Positions 42,351 to 52,984 of a stretch of DNA of 64,000 nucleotides are shown here, one piece after another. The position numbers were made by a program, and so were the translations under genes. Source of the stretch: Candidatus Cloacimonadales bacterium. GTDB taxonomy: Bacteria > Cloacimonadota > Cloacimonadia > Cloacimonadales > JAIOQZ01. The notes under the pieces were generated by a model, which was not told the origin of the DNA, did not search any database, and worked only from the letters and a program-made list of their open reading frames with translations. The stretch is taken from the NCBI GenBank assembly GCA_963662655.2, contig CAXXTU010000002.1, forward strand, positions 2,624,001-2,688,000. The letters run 5' to 3'. Each line of letters begins with the position of its first letter. Position 1 is the stretch's first letter.

Positions 42351-44090
42351 ATGAACCGGCACAGCATATTCAAAATCATCGTCCGCAACGCGATACCTGT
42401 CGTGATCGTATTACTGGCAATGATCATCTGCTGCATGACCGTGCTGAATCATCAGTACAAGAAGAACGTCTTCAGAAATCTCAATTCCATCGCTACCATC
42501 CTGAAGGACGACCTCAAGCAGATCAACACGATTTCACCCGATCCCAGCAAGGTGATCGATCTCGAGAAATACCGCGTGGGATCCTTCCGGATTTCGATCA
42601 TCGACCACCACGGTGGCGTCGTCGCAGATACACACCCGGAAGAGAACGATCTCTCCTATCTCTACAAACGGCCGGAGATCGTGAAAGGTCTCCACGGGGA
42701 ACCCGACGTCCGGGTGCGCGTCAATTCGGGAAAGCGAGTATTTTACTATGTATCGCCCCTGAGCTTCGAAGATACCAACATGGACAAGCTCAAGACCGTT
42801 CTTTACTTGCGGTTTACGGATTTGGAGCCGTCTTTTACGCGCTATCTGCCCGTCCTGCTCGGTATCGCATTGCTTCTCCTGCTGATGACGTTCTTTTTCC
42901 AGTACCACATCACCCACAGGGAATATGCGCTCTACGATCTGATCGTTAGTAAAATCCAATCGGTTTTGAAAGGTAAGGATTTTCCCGGTAACATCCCGCA
43001 CAACATGGGGCATTACCAGAGCCTTATGGACGAAGTCAACGAGCTGAGCCGTCGTTACACACAGGATTCCACCGAGTTCACTCAGCTCAAGCGGATTCAG
43101 GACACCTTTTTCAATTCGATCGATGCCAATATCTGCATCGTGGAATCGTCGGGGAACATCCTCTTCAAAAGCGCAAGCTTCAATCAGATGTTTTCCTCCG
43201 TTGATATTTCCGGCAAGAAACTACAGGAGATTGCCCGCAGCGACGAGCTTGCAGAGATTCTCGATACCGTTTTCTCAACCAGGAAAAACCTCAAGCGCGA
43301 GATCATCTGGAACCGGGAATTTTACAATGTAAGCGCATCGTACATCAGTGAAGAAAACTACGTTGCGCTCTTCCTGTACAATATCACGGACATCAAGCAA
43401 ACCGAGATCATGCAGCGGGAGTTCATCCAGAACGTCTCGCACGAGCTCAAGACGCCTCTCACGTCGATCAAGGGATTCCTGGAAACCCTTCAGGAAGACA
43501 TCAAAGACGAGGAGAGCCTCCAGTATCTATCCATCATCGATCGCAACACCAACCGGCTGATCCGGATCATCCAAGACCTCTTCATCCTCACCAGGAACGA
43601 AAATGGACACGACAAACGTTTCGAGCCGATCAACATCTCGAAGATGATACGCCAGCTCGGGGCCAACCTGAACGGCGAGATCGCGGAGAAGGGTCTGGAA
43701 TTGCTTCTGGATATCGATGAAGAGAATCTCACAGTTGTCGGAGACCACTTCAAGCTCGAGCAGGTATTCATCAACCTGATACGCAATGCGATGCAACATA
43801 CGGAGCAAGGGATGATTCATCTGAGCTGCTTCCTCGAGAAAGACATGGTACAGATCATCGTTCAGGACACGGGTATCGGCATCCCGCAGAAGCATATCCC
43901 CTTCCTGTTCGATCGTTTTTACGTCGTGGATAAATCACGCTCCAAGAAGTACGGAGGTACGGGACTGGGGCTCAGTATCGCCAAACAAATCGTTTCGCAA
44001 CACGAAGGCACGATTCAAATCGAAAGCACCGTCGGCAAGGGGACTCGCGTTGCCGTAGAGATTCCCACAGCCAATTCTTCCAACAAATGA
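42351..44090 (+). CDS. phoR: PhoR-like sensor histidine kinase
   Basis: Two TM helices, RPEI, PAS, NVSHELKTPL, DRFYVVDKSRSKKYGGTGLGL. Confidence 0.9.
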   Translation: MNRHSIFKIIVRNAIPVVIVLLAMIICCMTVLNHQYKKNVFRNLNSIATILKDDLKQINTISPDPSKVIDLEKYRVGSFRISIIDHHGGVVADTHPEENDLSYLYKRPEIVKGLHGEPDVRVRVNSGKRVFYYVSPLSFEDTNMDKLKTVLYLRFTDLEPSFTRYLPVLLGIALLLLLMTFFFQYHITHREYALYDLIVSKIQSVLKGKDFPGNIPHNMGHYQSLMDEVNELSRRYTQDSTEFTQLKRIQDTFFNSIDANICIVESSGNILFKSASFNQMFSSVDISGKKLQEIARSDELAEILDTVFSTRKNLKREIIWNREFYNVSASYISEENYVALFLYNITDIKQTEIMQREFIQNVSHELKTPLTSIKGFLETLQEDIKDEESLQYLSIIDRNTNRLIRIIQDLFILTRNENGHDKRFEPINISKMIRQLGANLNGEIAEKGLELLLDIDEENLTVVGDHFKLEQVFINLIRNAMQHTEQGMIHLSCFLEKDMVQIIVQDTGIGIPQKHIPFLFDRFYVVDKSRSKKYGGTGLGLSIAKQIVSQHEGTIQIESTVGKGTRVAVEIPTANSSNK

Positions 44091-44590
44091 AACACTATTT
44101 TATCGGGAAACACAATTGTATGATCGATCAAACCGCCATGAAGATGGTGAAAGCCATCGCGGCTCAGTATGCGAAATACGGAGCGTCGTTTGACGATCTC
44201 GTACAGGAAGGACTGATCGGGTACATGGAAGCGCTCAAACGGTTCGACCCCACCAAGGGAGCCGAACTAACCACCTACGCGCCCTACTGGATCAAGAAGA
44301 TGATCCTTCAGTTCCTGGACAACGAGATCAAATTCAGGTCGCGCACCGTTGAACTCAACGAGGGAGTTCTCGGTGACGACATCATGACCGAGCCGGAGCA
44401 AGAGACAAAAATAAACCTGCCGGAAGATATGCCTTTCATCGAGCAAAACATCATCCGACAGGTGTACGAGGAAAATCGTTCTCTATCCGAAATCTCCGAT
44501 CTGCTGGGAATCCGTCGCGAGAGAATCCGTCAGATCAAGCAAAAAGCGATGCGAAGACTGCGGCTCACGCTCAAGGCGGAGGGCTTTTAG
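44087..44590 (+). CDS. Small sigma-70-family sigma factor (regions 2 and 4 only)
   Basis: DDLVQEGLIG...RFDPTKGAELTTYAPYWI; SLSEISDLLGIRRERIRQIKQKAMRRLR; alternative start 44120. Confidence 0.85.
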   Translation: MKHYFIGKHNCMIDQTAMKMVKAIAAQYAKYGASFDDLVQEGLIGYMEALKRFDPTKGAELTTYAPYWIKKMILQFLDNEIKFRSRTVELNEGVLGDDIMTEPEQETKINLPEDMPFIEQNIIRQVYEENRSLSEISDLLGIRRERIRQIKQKAMRRLRLTLKAEGF

Positions 44591-45252
44591 AAAGCCCCGT
44601 GCCGAACGATCTTGCCGTCGACCATGTAGATGGTGTCTTCCGCGATATTCGTCGCCAGGTCTCCGATGCGTTCGAAGTATCTGAAGATGTTGATATAGCG
44701 TAGCAGCACGCCGATGTACGACGGATTCTTCGTCATTTCGTTCTTCAGGTAGGTGATCATGTTGCGAACCATATCGTCGAGTACGTCATCCATCTTGCAG
44801 ACATCCACCGCCAGCTTGACGTCCTGATTGAACATTGCGTCGAGGCTTAGCCGCACCATCTCGAGCGCCTTGGTCGAGATTTCTTCGAAGTTGAAATGCG
44901 GGTTCAGCTCGGGCTTCGAGTACTCGCTCATGTAGATGGCGTTTTTCGAGAGGTTTACGGCCATATCGCCCATGCGTTCGAGATCGTTGTTGATCTTCAG
45001 CATGCCGACGATGAACCTGAGATCGTTGGCGACGGGCTGATACAGCGCGAACATCTTGAGGCAGTCCTCTTCGATCTCCACTTCTCGACTATCGATATCG
45101 TTGTCTTTATGAATGATTTGCTGCGCGAGATCGGAATCGCGATTCTCGACGGCCTGCGTGGCTTCTTTCAGCATCGATTCCACCGACATCGCCAGCGACA
45201 TGATGTTTTTCTTGAGATCCTCGATCTCTCTCCAAAGGTGTATCATCATCAC
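44587..45252 (-). CDS. phoU: Phosphate signalling protein PhoU
   Basis: YQPVANDLR, DLERMGD, ERIGDLATNIAE. Confidence 0.95.
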   Translation of the reverse strand: MMMIHLWREIEDLKKNIMSLAMSVESMLKEATQAVENRDSDLAQQIIHKDNDIDSREVEIEEDCLKMFALYQPVANDLRFIVGMLKINNDLERMGDMAVNLSKNAIYMSEYSKPELNPHFNFEEISTKALEMVRLSLDAMFNQDVKLAVDVCKMDDVLDDMVRNMITYLKNEMTKNPSYIGVLLRYINIFRYFERIGDLATNIAEDTIYMVDGKIVRHGAF

Positions 45253-45257
45253 TCCTT

Positions 45258-46088
45258 TTATCCAAAACGACCCGTGATATAGTCTTCTGTTTTCTGCATT
45301 CTCGGTCTTCTGAAAAGCAGCGAGGTCTCGGAAAACTCGATCAAGTCGCCTTCGTAGAAGAAGGCTGTGTAATCGGAGACACGAGCAGCCTGCTGCATGT
45401 TGTGGGTCACGATAATAATCGTGTAATTCTTTACCAGCTCGTCAATCAAATCTTCGATTTTCAATGTCGCCTGTGGATCGAGAGCCGAAGTCGGCTCGTC
45501 CATGAGCAGGATTTCCGGGTTCGCCGCCAGCGCTCGCGCGATGCAGAGTCGCTGCTGCTGACCGCCGGAAAGCCCGAGCGCGTTCTTGTCCAGGCGATCC
45601 TTGACTTCGTCCCAAATCGCCGCTTTACGCAGGCAGGTTTCCACGATCTCATCCAGCTTTTTCTTGCTTCTCACACCCTGGAGACGCTGGCTGAAGATGA
45701 TGTTTTCGTAGATCGATTTCGGGAACGGATTCGGTTTCTGAAATACCATTCCGATCCTCTTACGGAGCGTAACAACATCGATTCTCGGATCGTGGACATC
45801 CTGGCCCTCGAAGACGAGTTTCCCCTTGTTGTGACAAACGGGAATCAGGTCGTTCATGCGATTCAAGGCACGCAAGTAAGTACTCTTCCCACAGCCGCTG
45901 GGTCCGATAATCGCCGTGACCTTTTTCTGCGGCACGTGCATGGACACCTTCTTCACGGCTTCGTGGTTTCCGTAGAAGATCGAGAAATCTTCCGAGTATA
46001 TATGAGCCTCCTCGCGTGGGATCAGCGTACCTTCAATCGCGGGGTATTTATCTTCGTTGGTCTCGTTCATGTTTTCGGCTTGTAACAT
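45258..46088 (-). CDS. pstB: Phosphate ABC transporter ATPase
   Basis: [37 protein letters not shown]. Confidence 0.97.
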   Translation of the reverse strand: MLQAENMNETNEDKYPAIEGTLIPREEAHIYSEDFSIFYGNHEAVKKVSMHVPQKKVTAIIGPSGCGKSTYLRALNRMNDLIPVCHNKGKLVFEGQDVHDPRIDVVTLRKRIGMVFQKPNPFPKSIYENIIFSQRLQGVRSKKKLDEIVETCLRKAAIWDEVKDRLDKNALGLSGGQQQRLCIARALAANPEILLMDEPTSALDPQATLKIEDLIDELVKNYTIIIVTHNMQQAARVSDYTAFFYEGDLIEFSETSLLFRRPRMQKTEDYITGRFG

Positions 46089-46089
46089 T

Positions 46090-47451
46090 TTAACCTCTTA
46101 GTTTCTTGGATATTCTAGCACGCAGAATAATCGCGAACAGATTCAATGTGAGAACCAGCAATATCAGTGTCAGAACCATTCCGAACTGCACGTGGCGTAT
46201 CTCTTCCACCGCTTCGTGCTCGGTGGCAAGGTTGTAGATATTCCAGGAAAGCGCCGGGGTTCCGTTGTTGAAGACTTCAAATATCTTGAGGGGCTTGCCC
46301 ACGCTGACCGCTGCAGTGAAGATGATCGGAGCGGTTTCGCCGGCTGCGCGTCCCATGCTGATTACGATCCCGGTGAGGATTCCCGGTAGCGACGCGGGAA
46401 GGATTACCTTCAGGACGGATGCCCACTTGGTTGCGCCCAGGCTCAGGGCTGCTTCCTTGTAGGTGTGCGGTACCGCGCGTATGGCCTCTTCAGAAGCCCT
46501 GATGATGGTGGGAAGGATCAATATGGCCAGCGTCATCGAACCTGCAAGGACGCTCTTGTTACTCGAGACGTGCATGGTGTTGATGAAAAACGCAAGGCCG
46601 AACAGACCGAACACAATGCTGGGAACGCCTGCGAGCGTGCTGATACAAGTCCTGAGCAGGCTGACGAATTTCCCCTCTTTCGCGAATTCAGCCAGGAAGA
46701 TCGCCACGATGACTCCCAGAGGAACCGCGAAGAGCATCGCGCCGATTGTCAGGTAGAAGGTTCCCAGCACCTCGGGCCAGATTCCGCCAAAGAAATGAGA
46801 GTCGTATGATTCGTCGAAGAGGAAACGCCAGTAGAACGTGAAGCGGGGTCGCAGGATATCCTTGATATGTGCCTGGAACCAGGGAAAGAACTCTTCCATG
46901 GACGTCCCTTTGAAATCCTCGACGCGGGATATCTGGCGGAGGCGTCCTTCCTCGTTGCCGCTTTCGCCATAGTACCATTCTTGCCGGTTCAGAACCAGAT
47001 CGACCAGCATTCTGGTGCGACCGTCCCATCTCGTCCTGCCGTAGTTATCGCTCGGCAGTACGGAGTGCGGCTCCGTTCCAGGCTGCGGCCCGAGAAGCTT
47101 GTATAGTGTCTCTTCGATCTCGTCCAGATCCTGGTTGAAGCGTCTGCGGTCCGAGTAGGAGAACTCGGTGAGTTCGTTCTCGCGGAAGTAGGCGATTTTC
47201 TCGTAAACAGGTTTTCTCAGCTCCTGGCTGAGCGCGATTTCCGCGTTGATTTTCTTAGAGCTTCCCCTTCCGAAAGTATCGTATTGAAATCTTCTGAATT
47301 CTACAGTTCCCTGGAAGAAGAATGCTCCCAAACCTTTATAAAAAATGGGTACCAGAAGAACCAGGAGGGAAAGCGCCATAAAAATGATGGAAACGAATCC
47401 GAAACCCGTGAAGGAGCGATCCAGTACTTTTCTCGTTCTAAGCTGTGCCAT
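46090..47451 (-). CDS. pstA: Phosphate ABC transporter permease PstA with large extracytoplasmic insertion
   Basis: [32 protein letters not shown]. Confidence 0.93.
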   Translation of the reverse strand: MAQLRTRKVLDRSFTGFGFVSIIFMALSLLVLLVPIFYKGLGAFFFQGTVEFRRFQYDTFGRGSSKKINAEIALSQELRKPVYEKIAYFRENELTEFSYSDRRRFNQDLDEIEETLYKLLGPQPGTEPHSVLPSDNYGRTRWDGRTRMLVDLVLNRQEWYYGESGNEEGRLRQISRVEDFKGTSMEEFFPWFQAHIKDILRPRFTFYWRFLFDESYDSHFFGGIWPEVLGTFYLTIGAMLFAVPLGVIVAIFLAEFAKEGKFVSLLRTCISTLAGVPSIVFGLFGLAFFINTMHVSSNKSVLAGSMTLAILILPTIIRASEEAIRAVPHTYKEAALSLGATKWASVLKVILPASLPGILTGIVISMGRAAGETAPIIFTAAVSVGKPLKIFEVFNNGTPALSWNIYNLATEHEAVEEIRHVQFGMVLTLILLVLTLNLFAIILRARISKKLRG

Positions 47452-47452
47452 C

Positions 47453-48610
47453 TCAACATCCTTTCAGTTTCTTGCGAGCCCGAACAACGATCCACTCGCT
47501 CACCAGGTTGCTGACAAACGAGAAAACAAGCAGACACAAGCCCATTGCAAACAACACGTGGAATCTCGCGGAACCTGTTGACTGATCCGCCTCCCCCATA
47601 TCGCCGGCGATGGTAGCGGTGAGTGTGCGGATCGGCTCGAATAGATTGAACCAGGGCTCAGGAACATGAGCCGCGTTGCCTGAGGCCATCCACACCACCA
47701 TTGTTTCGCCCAGCGCGCGCATGGTTCCGAGGATCACTGCCGCGATGATGCCGCTGCTTGCTGCAGGGATTACAACCTTCAGCAGGGTTTCCGCTCTTGT
47801 AGCTCCGAGTGCGTAACTGCCTTCCCGGAGATCGCGGCCAACCGCCTGGAGCGCGTCTTCCGAAACGCTGACTACCGTTGGCAATGCCATGATTCCGAGG
47901 ATGATGGATACGTTTAACGCGTTCGTACCGCTGGAAATCTGGATGCCACGTGCTTGTGAACCGGCATAGTAAAGAATGCCGAGACTAATGAGTACGAAAA
48001 GCCCGAGAATGATAAAATAGGACGCTTTTTTCAAATTGTATTTTGACTGCACCAGATCCGCCAGCAAGAAAACTAAAATCGTGAGAAGAGGGAAGCCGGC
48101 GATCCAGATTGCAACCGTGAGGAAAATCCCGCCGTGGTTTTGCAGAAGCGGAGCGAAAATCACCAGCGCGAAGAAGCCGTAGACTACCGAGGGGATCGCG
48201 GCCAGGATTTCGATAACCGGCTTGACCATCTGGCGGATTTTGAACGGCATCACGTCGCTGAGGGATACCGCGGCGACCACTCCCAGCGGCACACACACCA
48301 CAACCGCGCCCACCGTCACGATCGCCGATCCGAAGAAGATGGCGAACGCGCCAAAGCGAGCGGGATCGTGCGTGGGATACCAGGCCGTGCTGGTAAAAAA
48401 CTCTTTTATGCCCTGAAGTTGGAAGAACGGTATCGCGTCTTTGGCGATGACATAGATGATGAAGAAGAGCGTTATCATCGTCACCGACGCCACAAGGAAC
48501 AGAAATCCATGAGCAAGGGAAGAGGCCAGCCTTCTGAAAAGACTGGCTCTCTCGCTCATTAAAAGTGATTTCTTCGTACCGTTCTGATTTGAAACGGTTG
48601 TATTTTCCAT
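47453..48610 (-). CDS. pstC: Phosphate ABC transporter permease PstC
   Basis: EILAAIPSVVYG, ALGATR, RALGETMVV. Confidence 0.94.
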   Translation of the reverse strand: MENTTVSNQNGTKKSLLMSERASLFRRLASSLAHGFLFLVASVTMITLFFIIYVIAKDAIPFFQLQGIKEFFTSTAWYPTHDPARFGAFAIFFGSAIVTVGAVVVCVPLGVVAAVSLSDVMPFKIRQMVKPVIEILAAIPSVVYGFFALVIFAPLLQNHGGIFLTVAIWIAGFPLLTILVFLLADLVQSKYNLKKASYFIILGLFVLISLGILYYAGSQARGIQISSGTNALNVSIILGIMALPTVVSVSEDALQAVGRDLREGSYALGATRAETLLKVVIPAASSGIIAAVILGTMRALGETMVVWMASGNAAHVPEPWFNLFEPIRTLTATIAGDMGEADQSTGSARFHVLFAMGLCLLVFSFVSNLVSEWIVVRARKKLKGC

Positions 48611-48637
48611 GTTTCCTTCAAATAAAGCTTCTGAAGT

Positions 48638-49462
48638 TTACTTATAGGACGTGACCGGAATGTATCCGATCGATTCGATCATGTTCTGCCCTTCTTTGGT
48701 CAGATAGATGTTTATGAACTTATATACCCAAGATCCCATTTTGGGGTAGCCGTTGGTGAACATGAAAAGCGGACGAGCGATTGGGTAGTCGCCGAGGGAG
48801 ATGGTTTTCGGGTTTGCTTCAACGTCGTTGACGGTAAGAGCTTTTACCGAACGATCGACAAAACCGAGGCCGACGTAAGCAATCGCGCCCTTGGTGCTCT
48901 GTACGCGCTGGCGTGCCTGTCCGTTGCTTCCAACGTATTCTGCGCCATCGACGATTTTTTCTTTCTTCATTACGAGACCTTCGAAAGTTTCGTACGTACC
49001 GCTATTGGTATCGCGGCTGATCACGACGATTTTTTCATTTGCGCCGCCAAGCTCTTTCCAGTTGGTGATCTTGCCCATATAAACGTCTTTGATCTGGTCG
49101 ACCGTGAGGTTCTTCACAGGGTTGCTGGGATGAACGATCATGGCGATTCCGTCAAATGCCACAACGTGAGCCACAGGTGTTACGCCTTTTTCCACGCAGC
49201 TGTTGAATTCTTTCTCTTTCATGAAGCGAGACATGTTCGCGATATCGCAGGTGCTATTCATAAGGCTCTTTGCGCCGTTTCCGCTACCCGATTCGCTTAC
49301 TTCAACGTTAACTTCCGGATACATCTTCATGTAATATTCCGCAAACGCTTTCGCGATGGGACCCACCGTGGTTGATCCGTCAAGCTTGATGCTTTCTTCC
49401 GCTGTAAGAGATACCATTGCCAGCACTATCAAGATGGCAATCATCCATAATTTCGTATTCAT
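48638..49462 (-). CDS. pstS: Phosphate-binding protein PstS
   Basis: DGSTTVGP, GSGNG, SRDTNSGT, YPIARPLF; start ATG 49462. Confidence 0.93.
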   Translation of the reverse strand: MNTKLWMIAILIVLAMVSLTAEESIKLDGSTTVGPIAKAFAEYYMKMYPEVNVEVSESGSGNGAKSLMNSTCDIANMSRFMKEKEFNSCVEKGVTPVAHVVAFDGIAMIVHPSNPVKNLTVDQIKDVYMGKITNWKELGGANEKIVVISRDTNSGTYETFEGLVMKKEKIVDGAEYVGSNGQARQRVQSTKGAIAYVGLGFVDRSVKALTVNDVEANPKTISLGDYPIARPLFMFTNGYPKMGSWVYKFINIYLTKEGQNMIESIGYIPVTSYK

Positions 49463-49532
49463 TCCTTTTACCTCCAAACGTCCAGTTTTTTTTGAGGAAC
49501 TTTACTCAATAATACGTGGCGAAGGTAAATTC

Positions 49533-49565
49533 AGTATAAGCCGCGAGTTAACACTATCCTAACAA
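49533..49565 (-). promoter_or_regulatory. Pho-box promoter of the pst operon
   Basis: Minus strand TTGTTAG-GATA-GTGTTAA-N9-TATACT: a 7-4-7 repeat in the -35 position. Confidence 0.72.
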
Positions 49566-49568
49566 TCC

Positions 49569-49823
49569 GCTTTCTCCTTTCCCGGAGAGCCCTGTCCCCT
49601 GCTGCTGCGCTTCATCCCGAACATCGGATTCGGCTCACCTGCCCCGCGGCGCGGACGGCGTGTGCGCTTCGCGCACGGCTGGGCCCCCCAGCCAGGAAGT
49701 CCCGCTGGAGCCTTGCGAAATGGATTGAAGCCTCGGACCACCCATCGAACTGCCAGCAACAAAAAATCTCGAAGGGACTTCCAACGCCGTCCGCGCCGCG
49801 GGGCAGGCGAGCGCTCGAATCCG
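49569..49823. other. Structured four-way-junction element, copy 2
   Basis: 24-bp perfect outer stem 49638-49661/49784-49807 (extendable to 49625/49823); GTGCGC-TTC-GCGCAC 49662-49676; GGCTGGG/CCCAGCC 49677-49693; GGAAGTCCC/GGGACTTCC 49695/49782. Confidence 0.68.
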
Positions 49824-49895
49824 TGCATGGTTCTCGAATCACTTGACAAATGTGCCGGCCCACAGTCTGTTATTCTATGTTCAGGGAGAAAGATT

Positions 49896-50837
49896 ATGCT
49901 CAAGACGCTATGCATGGAAGAAATGCCGGGCCTTTTTCATATAGAAATCGAGAAACGAGGCTGGAGCAAGTGGTTTACGCGAATCGAAGAAACCCGTCTT
50001 GCCGAAGGAGAGAATCCGGGCTGGCAGGCGATCATCATTCGCACGAAGACTCGGTTCGATCGCGCAATGTTCCGGAGATTCCCGGATATCAAGCTCCTGA
50101 TTCGAGCCGGAACCGGCTTTGACAACATCGAACTCTGCGCAGCGGGAAACGTTGTCGTATGCAATGCCCCCGAGGCAAACGCGAATGCTGCCGCCGAGCA
50201 CACGCTCTCCTTCATGCTTTCCCTGATCAAACACCTTCCGCAGGCCAGGCAAAACGTTATCGAAGGCAAATGGCGCACGGGCCTGCCCTTCAACCCGGAG
50301 ATTCCGGAACTCAAGGTCTTACTCGTCGGTGTAGGCAGAGTGGGCGGACGGGTCGCGAAAAGCCTCCGGGCGCTCGGCGCTGAAGTCAGAGGTGTCGATC
50401 CATACCTGACGCCATCGGATCGCACTGAAAGGGGTATCGAATTCACAGACTACTACTCCGGCTTGCAGTGGTGCAATGTGCTCAGCTTCCATTGTCCGCT
50501 AACAGAAGAAACACGCCACTATTTCTCGGAGACGCAGCTCGATTCTCTCGAACTCCCAATCTGGCTGATCAACACATCTCGCGGAGCGGTCGTGGATATC
50601 AAGGCTGTTGAGGATGGTCTTGATTCGGGCAAGATTCTTGGAGCAGCCCTGGACGTGTTCGAGCAGGAGCCCTGGATTCCAAACGCTCTGGCAAGCAATC
50701 CTCGCGTGATCCTCTCCCCTCATTCGGGGGCGAGAACGAAAGCAGCGCGCGAACGACTTTCTCTGGAAACGCTCAACGTATGGGAACAGTACGCCTTCAA
50801 AGGCAAAATCATGAACTCTGTTTCAATGAAGTTTTAA
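49896..50837 (+). CDS. D-isomer-specific 2-hydroxyacid dehydrogenase (SerA-like catalytic core)
   Basis: RAGTGFDNI, AAAEH, GVGRVG, HCPLT, INTSRG, LDVFEQEP, SPHSG; ATG 49896 behind GGGAG. Confidence 0.9.
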   Translation: MLKTLCMEEMPGLFHIEIEKRGWSKWFTRIEETRLAEGENPGWQAIIIRTKTRFDRAMFRRFPDIKLLIRAGTGFDNIELCAAGNVVVCNAPEANANAAAEHTLSFMLSLIKHLPQARQNVIEGKWRTGLPFNPEIPELKVLLVGVGRVGGRVAKSLRALGAEVRGVDPYLTPSDRTERGIEFTDYYSGLQWCNVLSFHCPLTEETRHYFSETQLDSLELPIWLINTSRGAVVDIKAVEDGLDSGKILGAALDVFEQEPWIPNALASNPRVILSPHSGARTKAARERLSLETLNVWEQYAFKGKIMNSVSMKF

Positions 50838-50934
50838 TGCAAGCGACCCATTCATAAACAAGGCGTAATCATATTATTATAAAAAAATAAAATAAGCTTG
50901 ACACATTCGCTCGCATATACGCTCTAATTGCTTC

Positions 50935-52788
50935 ATGAATGACATCAGGCAGCTAGAGTCACGATTGAAAACTACCGACACAGAAGAGAAACTCGACCTA
51001 TTGAATCGTCTATGCAGGGGTTATTGGACAAGAGACGCAAGCAAAGCCATAGAATATGGCAAGTTAGGTCTGGCTCTCGCTTTGCAGCTGAACAAGACTG
51101 ATCTCGCCTGCGATTTCCAAAATGATATCGGCATCGCCTACTGGTACATCGAAGACTACGAATCCGCCCTCGATAACTGCTACAACGCTCTCATAACACG
51201 CCAAAAATTCGGCAGACCAGATAAAATCGCCTCCTCGCTCAACAATACCGGGCTCATCTACTACAAGCTCAGGGACTATCGTAAAGCGATCGATATGTAC
51301 AAGGAAGCGCTGAAGCACGCCGACCCGGAAAAGGACTTCAATCTCGTTTCTACGCTCTACAATAATCTGGGACTCATCTACATCGAGTTAGCGGGGATTT
51401 CCGGAGGAACGTCCGAAAAACTGGACGACGACGACGTTTTCGAAGGGTTTCATCCCTCCTGGCTCGATAACCCGGAGAACCTATCCCTGTTCAATCCGAA
51501 CAAAACAGACGAATATCTTCAGGAAGCCTTCAAGTATTACAATAAAATCCTCGATCACATCGATGAGCGGGAAGACATGCAGCACATGCGAACCCATGTG
51601 CTCGGCAATATAGGCTTGTACTATCTTCGTATTGGCGATACAAAGCAAGCGCTCGAATACCATTGGAAAGCCCTTGAGCTTGTCGGGGAAGAAAACGAAA
51701 GCCACTTCCTCCCGGGGTTCTATTATAACATCGCGCGAATCTATTGGGGAAAAGGAGATACCCACCTCGCAATGGAATACTGCGACAATGCGATCACTCA
51801 CGCCAAGAAAAACGATCTGCACCGGCTTCTTTGCAAGACTTTCAAGCTGAAATCGGATATTTTCCGTAAAACCGGCGATACCGAGAAAGCCCTGCAAATG
51901 ATCGACCAATACATCGCGGCGCACCAGGAATATAGCAAAATCAACCGGCAGCGGGAAATCACAAACCTGAGAATGAAATACGATATTCTGGAGAAGGAGC
52001 AGGAACAGGAAAAAATCCGCCGGAAAAACGAGGAGCTGGAGCAGCAGGTACAACAAAGAACGGAGCAGCTTATCGAGATGGAACGGTTCTACGAAGTAGG
52101 TAAATTCTCGGCGAGTATTGTCCATAACCTGAGCGGTCCGCTGACAAATCTCATGGGTGTTGTTTCCATGATCGAGATCAAATACAATATGCTCTTCAGA
52201 CGCGATGCTACCATGAACCGCTATATCAAGATGCTCAACGATTGCGCCGACAACCTCAAATCGATGATTCAATCCATCACCACGCATGTGCGGACTTCGG
52301 AATTCATGGACGATCAGGAACTCGACCTGAATGCAATCCTGACCGACGAAATCCAATTCAAGAATATCGAGACCGTTTCGACAGAAAAAATCGACATCCA
52401 GACCTGGCTGGACGACGATCTACCGAGAATCCTCGGACAGGAAGTTCACTTCAGGCAGATTTTTTCGAACCTCATCACCAACGCCTGTGACGCGATGAAA
52501 ACCACGGAGAAGAAACTCCTCCATATCAGCAGCCGGAAGATCGACGATCAAAATATCCGACTGATTTTCGAGGATACGGGCACGGGAATCAGTCCCGAAC
52601 ACCTGGAAAAAATCTTCAAGCACGATTTCACGACCAAGGAACCCGGAAAAGGTACCGGCCTGGGCCTGGCAATCACGCGGCAGATGGTGGAATCCTACCG
52701 TGGAACGATCACTGTGAGCACGGAATTGGGCAAAGGCACTGTATTTCAAATAGATATTCCACTGGGATCAGGCTTAACCATTGAATAG
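50935..52788 (+). CDS. Cytoplasmic TPR-repeat sensor histidine kinase
   Basis: TPRs (SLNNTGLIY, LGNIGLYY), SIVHNLSGPL H-box, NLITNA, DTGTG, FTTK..GKGTGLGL. Confidence 0.9.
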   Translation: MNDIRQLESRLKTTDTEEKLDLLNRLCRGYWTRDASKAIEYGKLGLALALQLNKTDLACDFQNDIGIAYWYIEDYESALDNCYNALITRQKFGRPDKIASSLNNTGLIYYKLRDYRKAIDMYKEALKHADPEKDFNLVSTLYNNLGLIYIELAGISGGTSEKLDDDDVFEGFHPSWLDNPENLSLFNPNKTDEYLQEAFKYYNKILDHIDEREDMQHMRTHVLGNIGLYYLRIGDTKQALEYHWKALELVGEENESHFLPGFYYNIARIYWGKGDTHLAMEYCDNAITHAKKNDLHRLLCKTFKLKSDIFRKTGDTEKALQMIDQYIAAHQEYSKINRQREITNLRMKYDILEKEQEQEKIRRKNEELEQQVQQRTEQLIEMERFYEVGKFSASIVHNLSGPLTNLMGVVSMIEIKYNMLFRRDATMNRYIKMLNDCADNLKSMIQSITTHVRTSEFMDDQELDLNAILTDEIQFKNIETVSTEKIDIQTWLDDDLPRILGQEVHFRQIFSNLITNACDAMKTTEKKLLHISSRKIDDQNIRLIFEDTGTGISPEHLEKIFKHDFTTKEPGKGTGLGLAITRQMVESYRGTITVSTELGKGTVFQIDIPLGSGLTIE

Positions 52789-52984
52789 AGCTTTGTTAAA
52801 TCCCCTTAATTATGGCCTCTTTTCATGATGTGGATGTTCTCCGAAACACGCTTATAACACCACTTTCTTCTCGTTCCCACAATTTCATCCCACCTCGTAA
52901 AACAGCTTTTTTATTGATATTGGTTGACACGTAAAAAGCGAACCCCAAACTGTGCAATTAAATTACCCGGAATGGAGGATATAA

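Noticed and set aside
49662..49895. N-terminal extension of the dehydrogenase ORF
   Set aside because: It is read through the structured element; an RBS and ATG at 49896 give the real start
49896..50837. 2-hydroxyadipate/2-hydroxyglutarate dehydrogenase belonging to the lysine pathway
   Set aside because: Separated from the operon by another gene and promoter; specificity cannot be read from the sequence
52789..52984. Lysine riboswitch upstream of the saccharopine operon
   Set aside because: A probable -35 TTGACA at 52924 leaves a very short leader, and no L-box features were recognised
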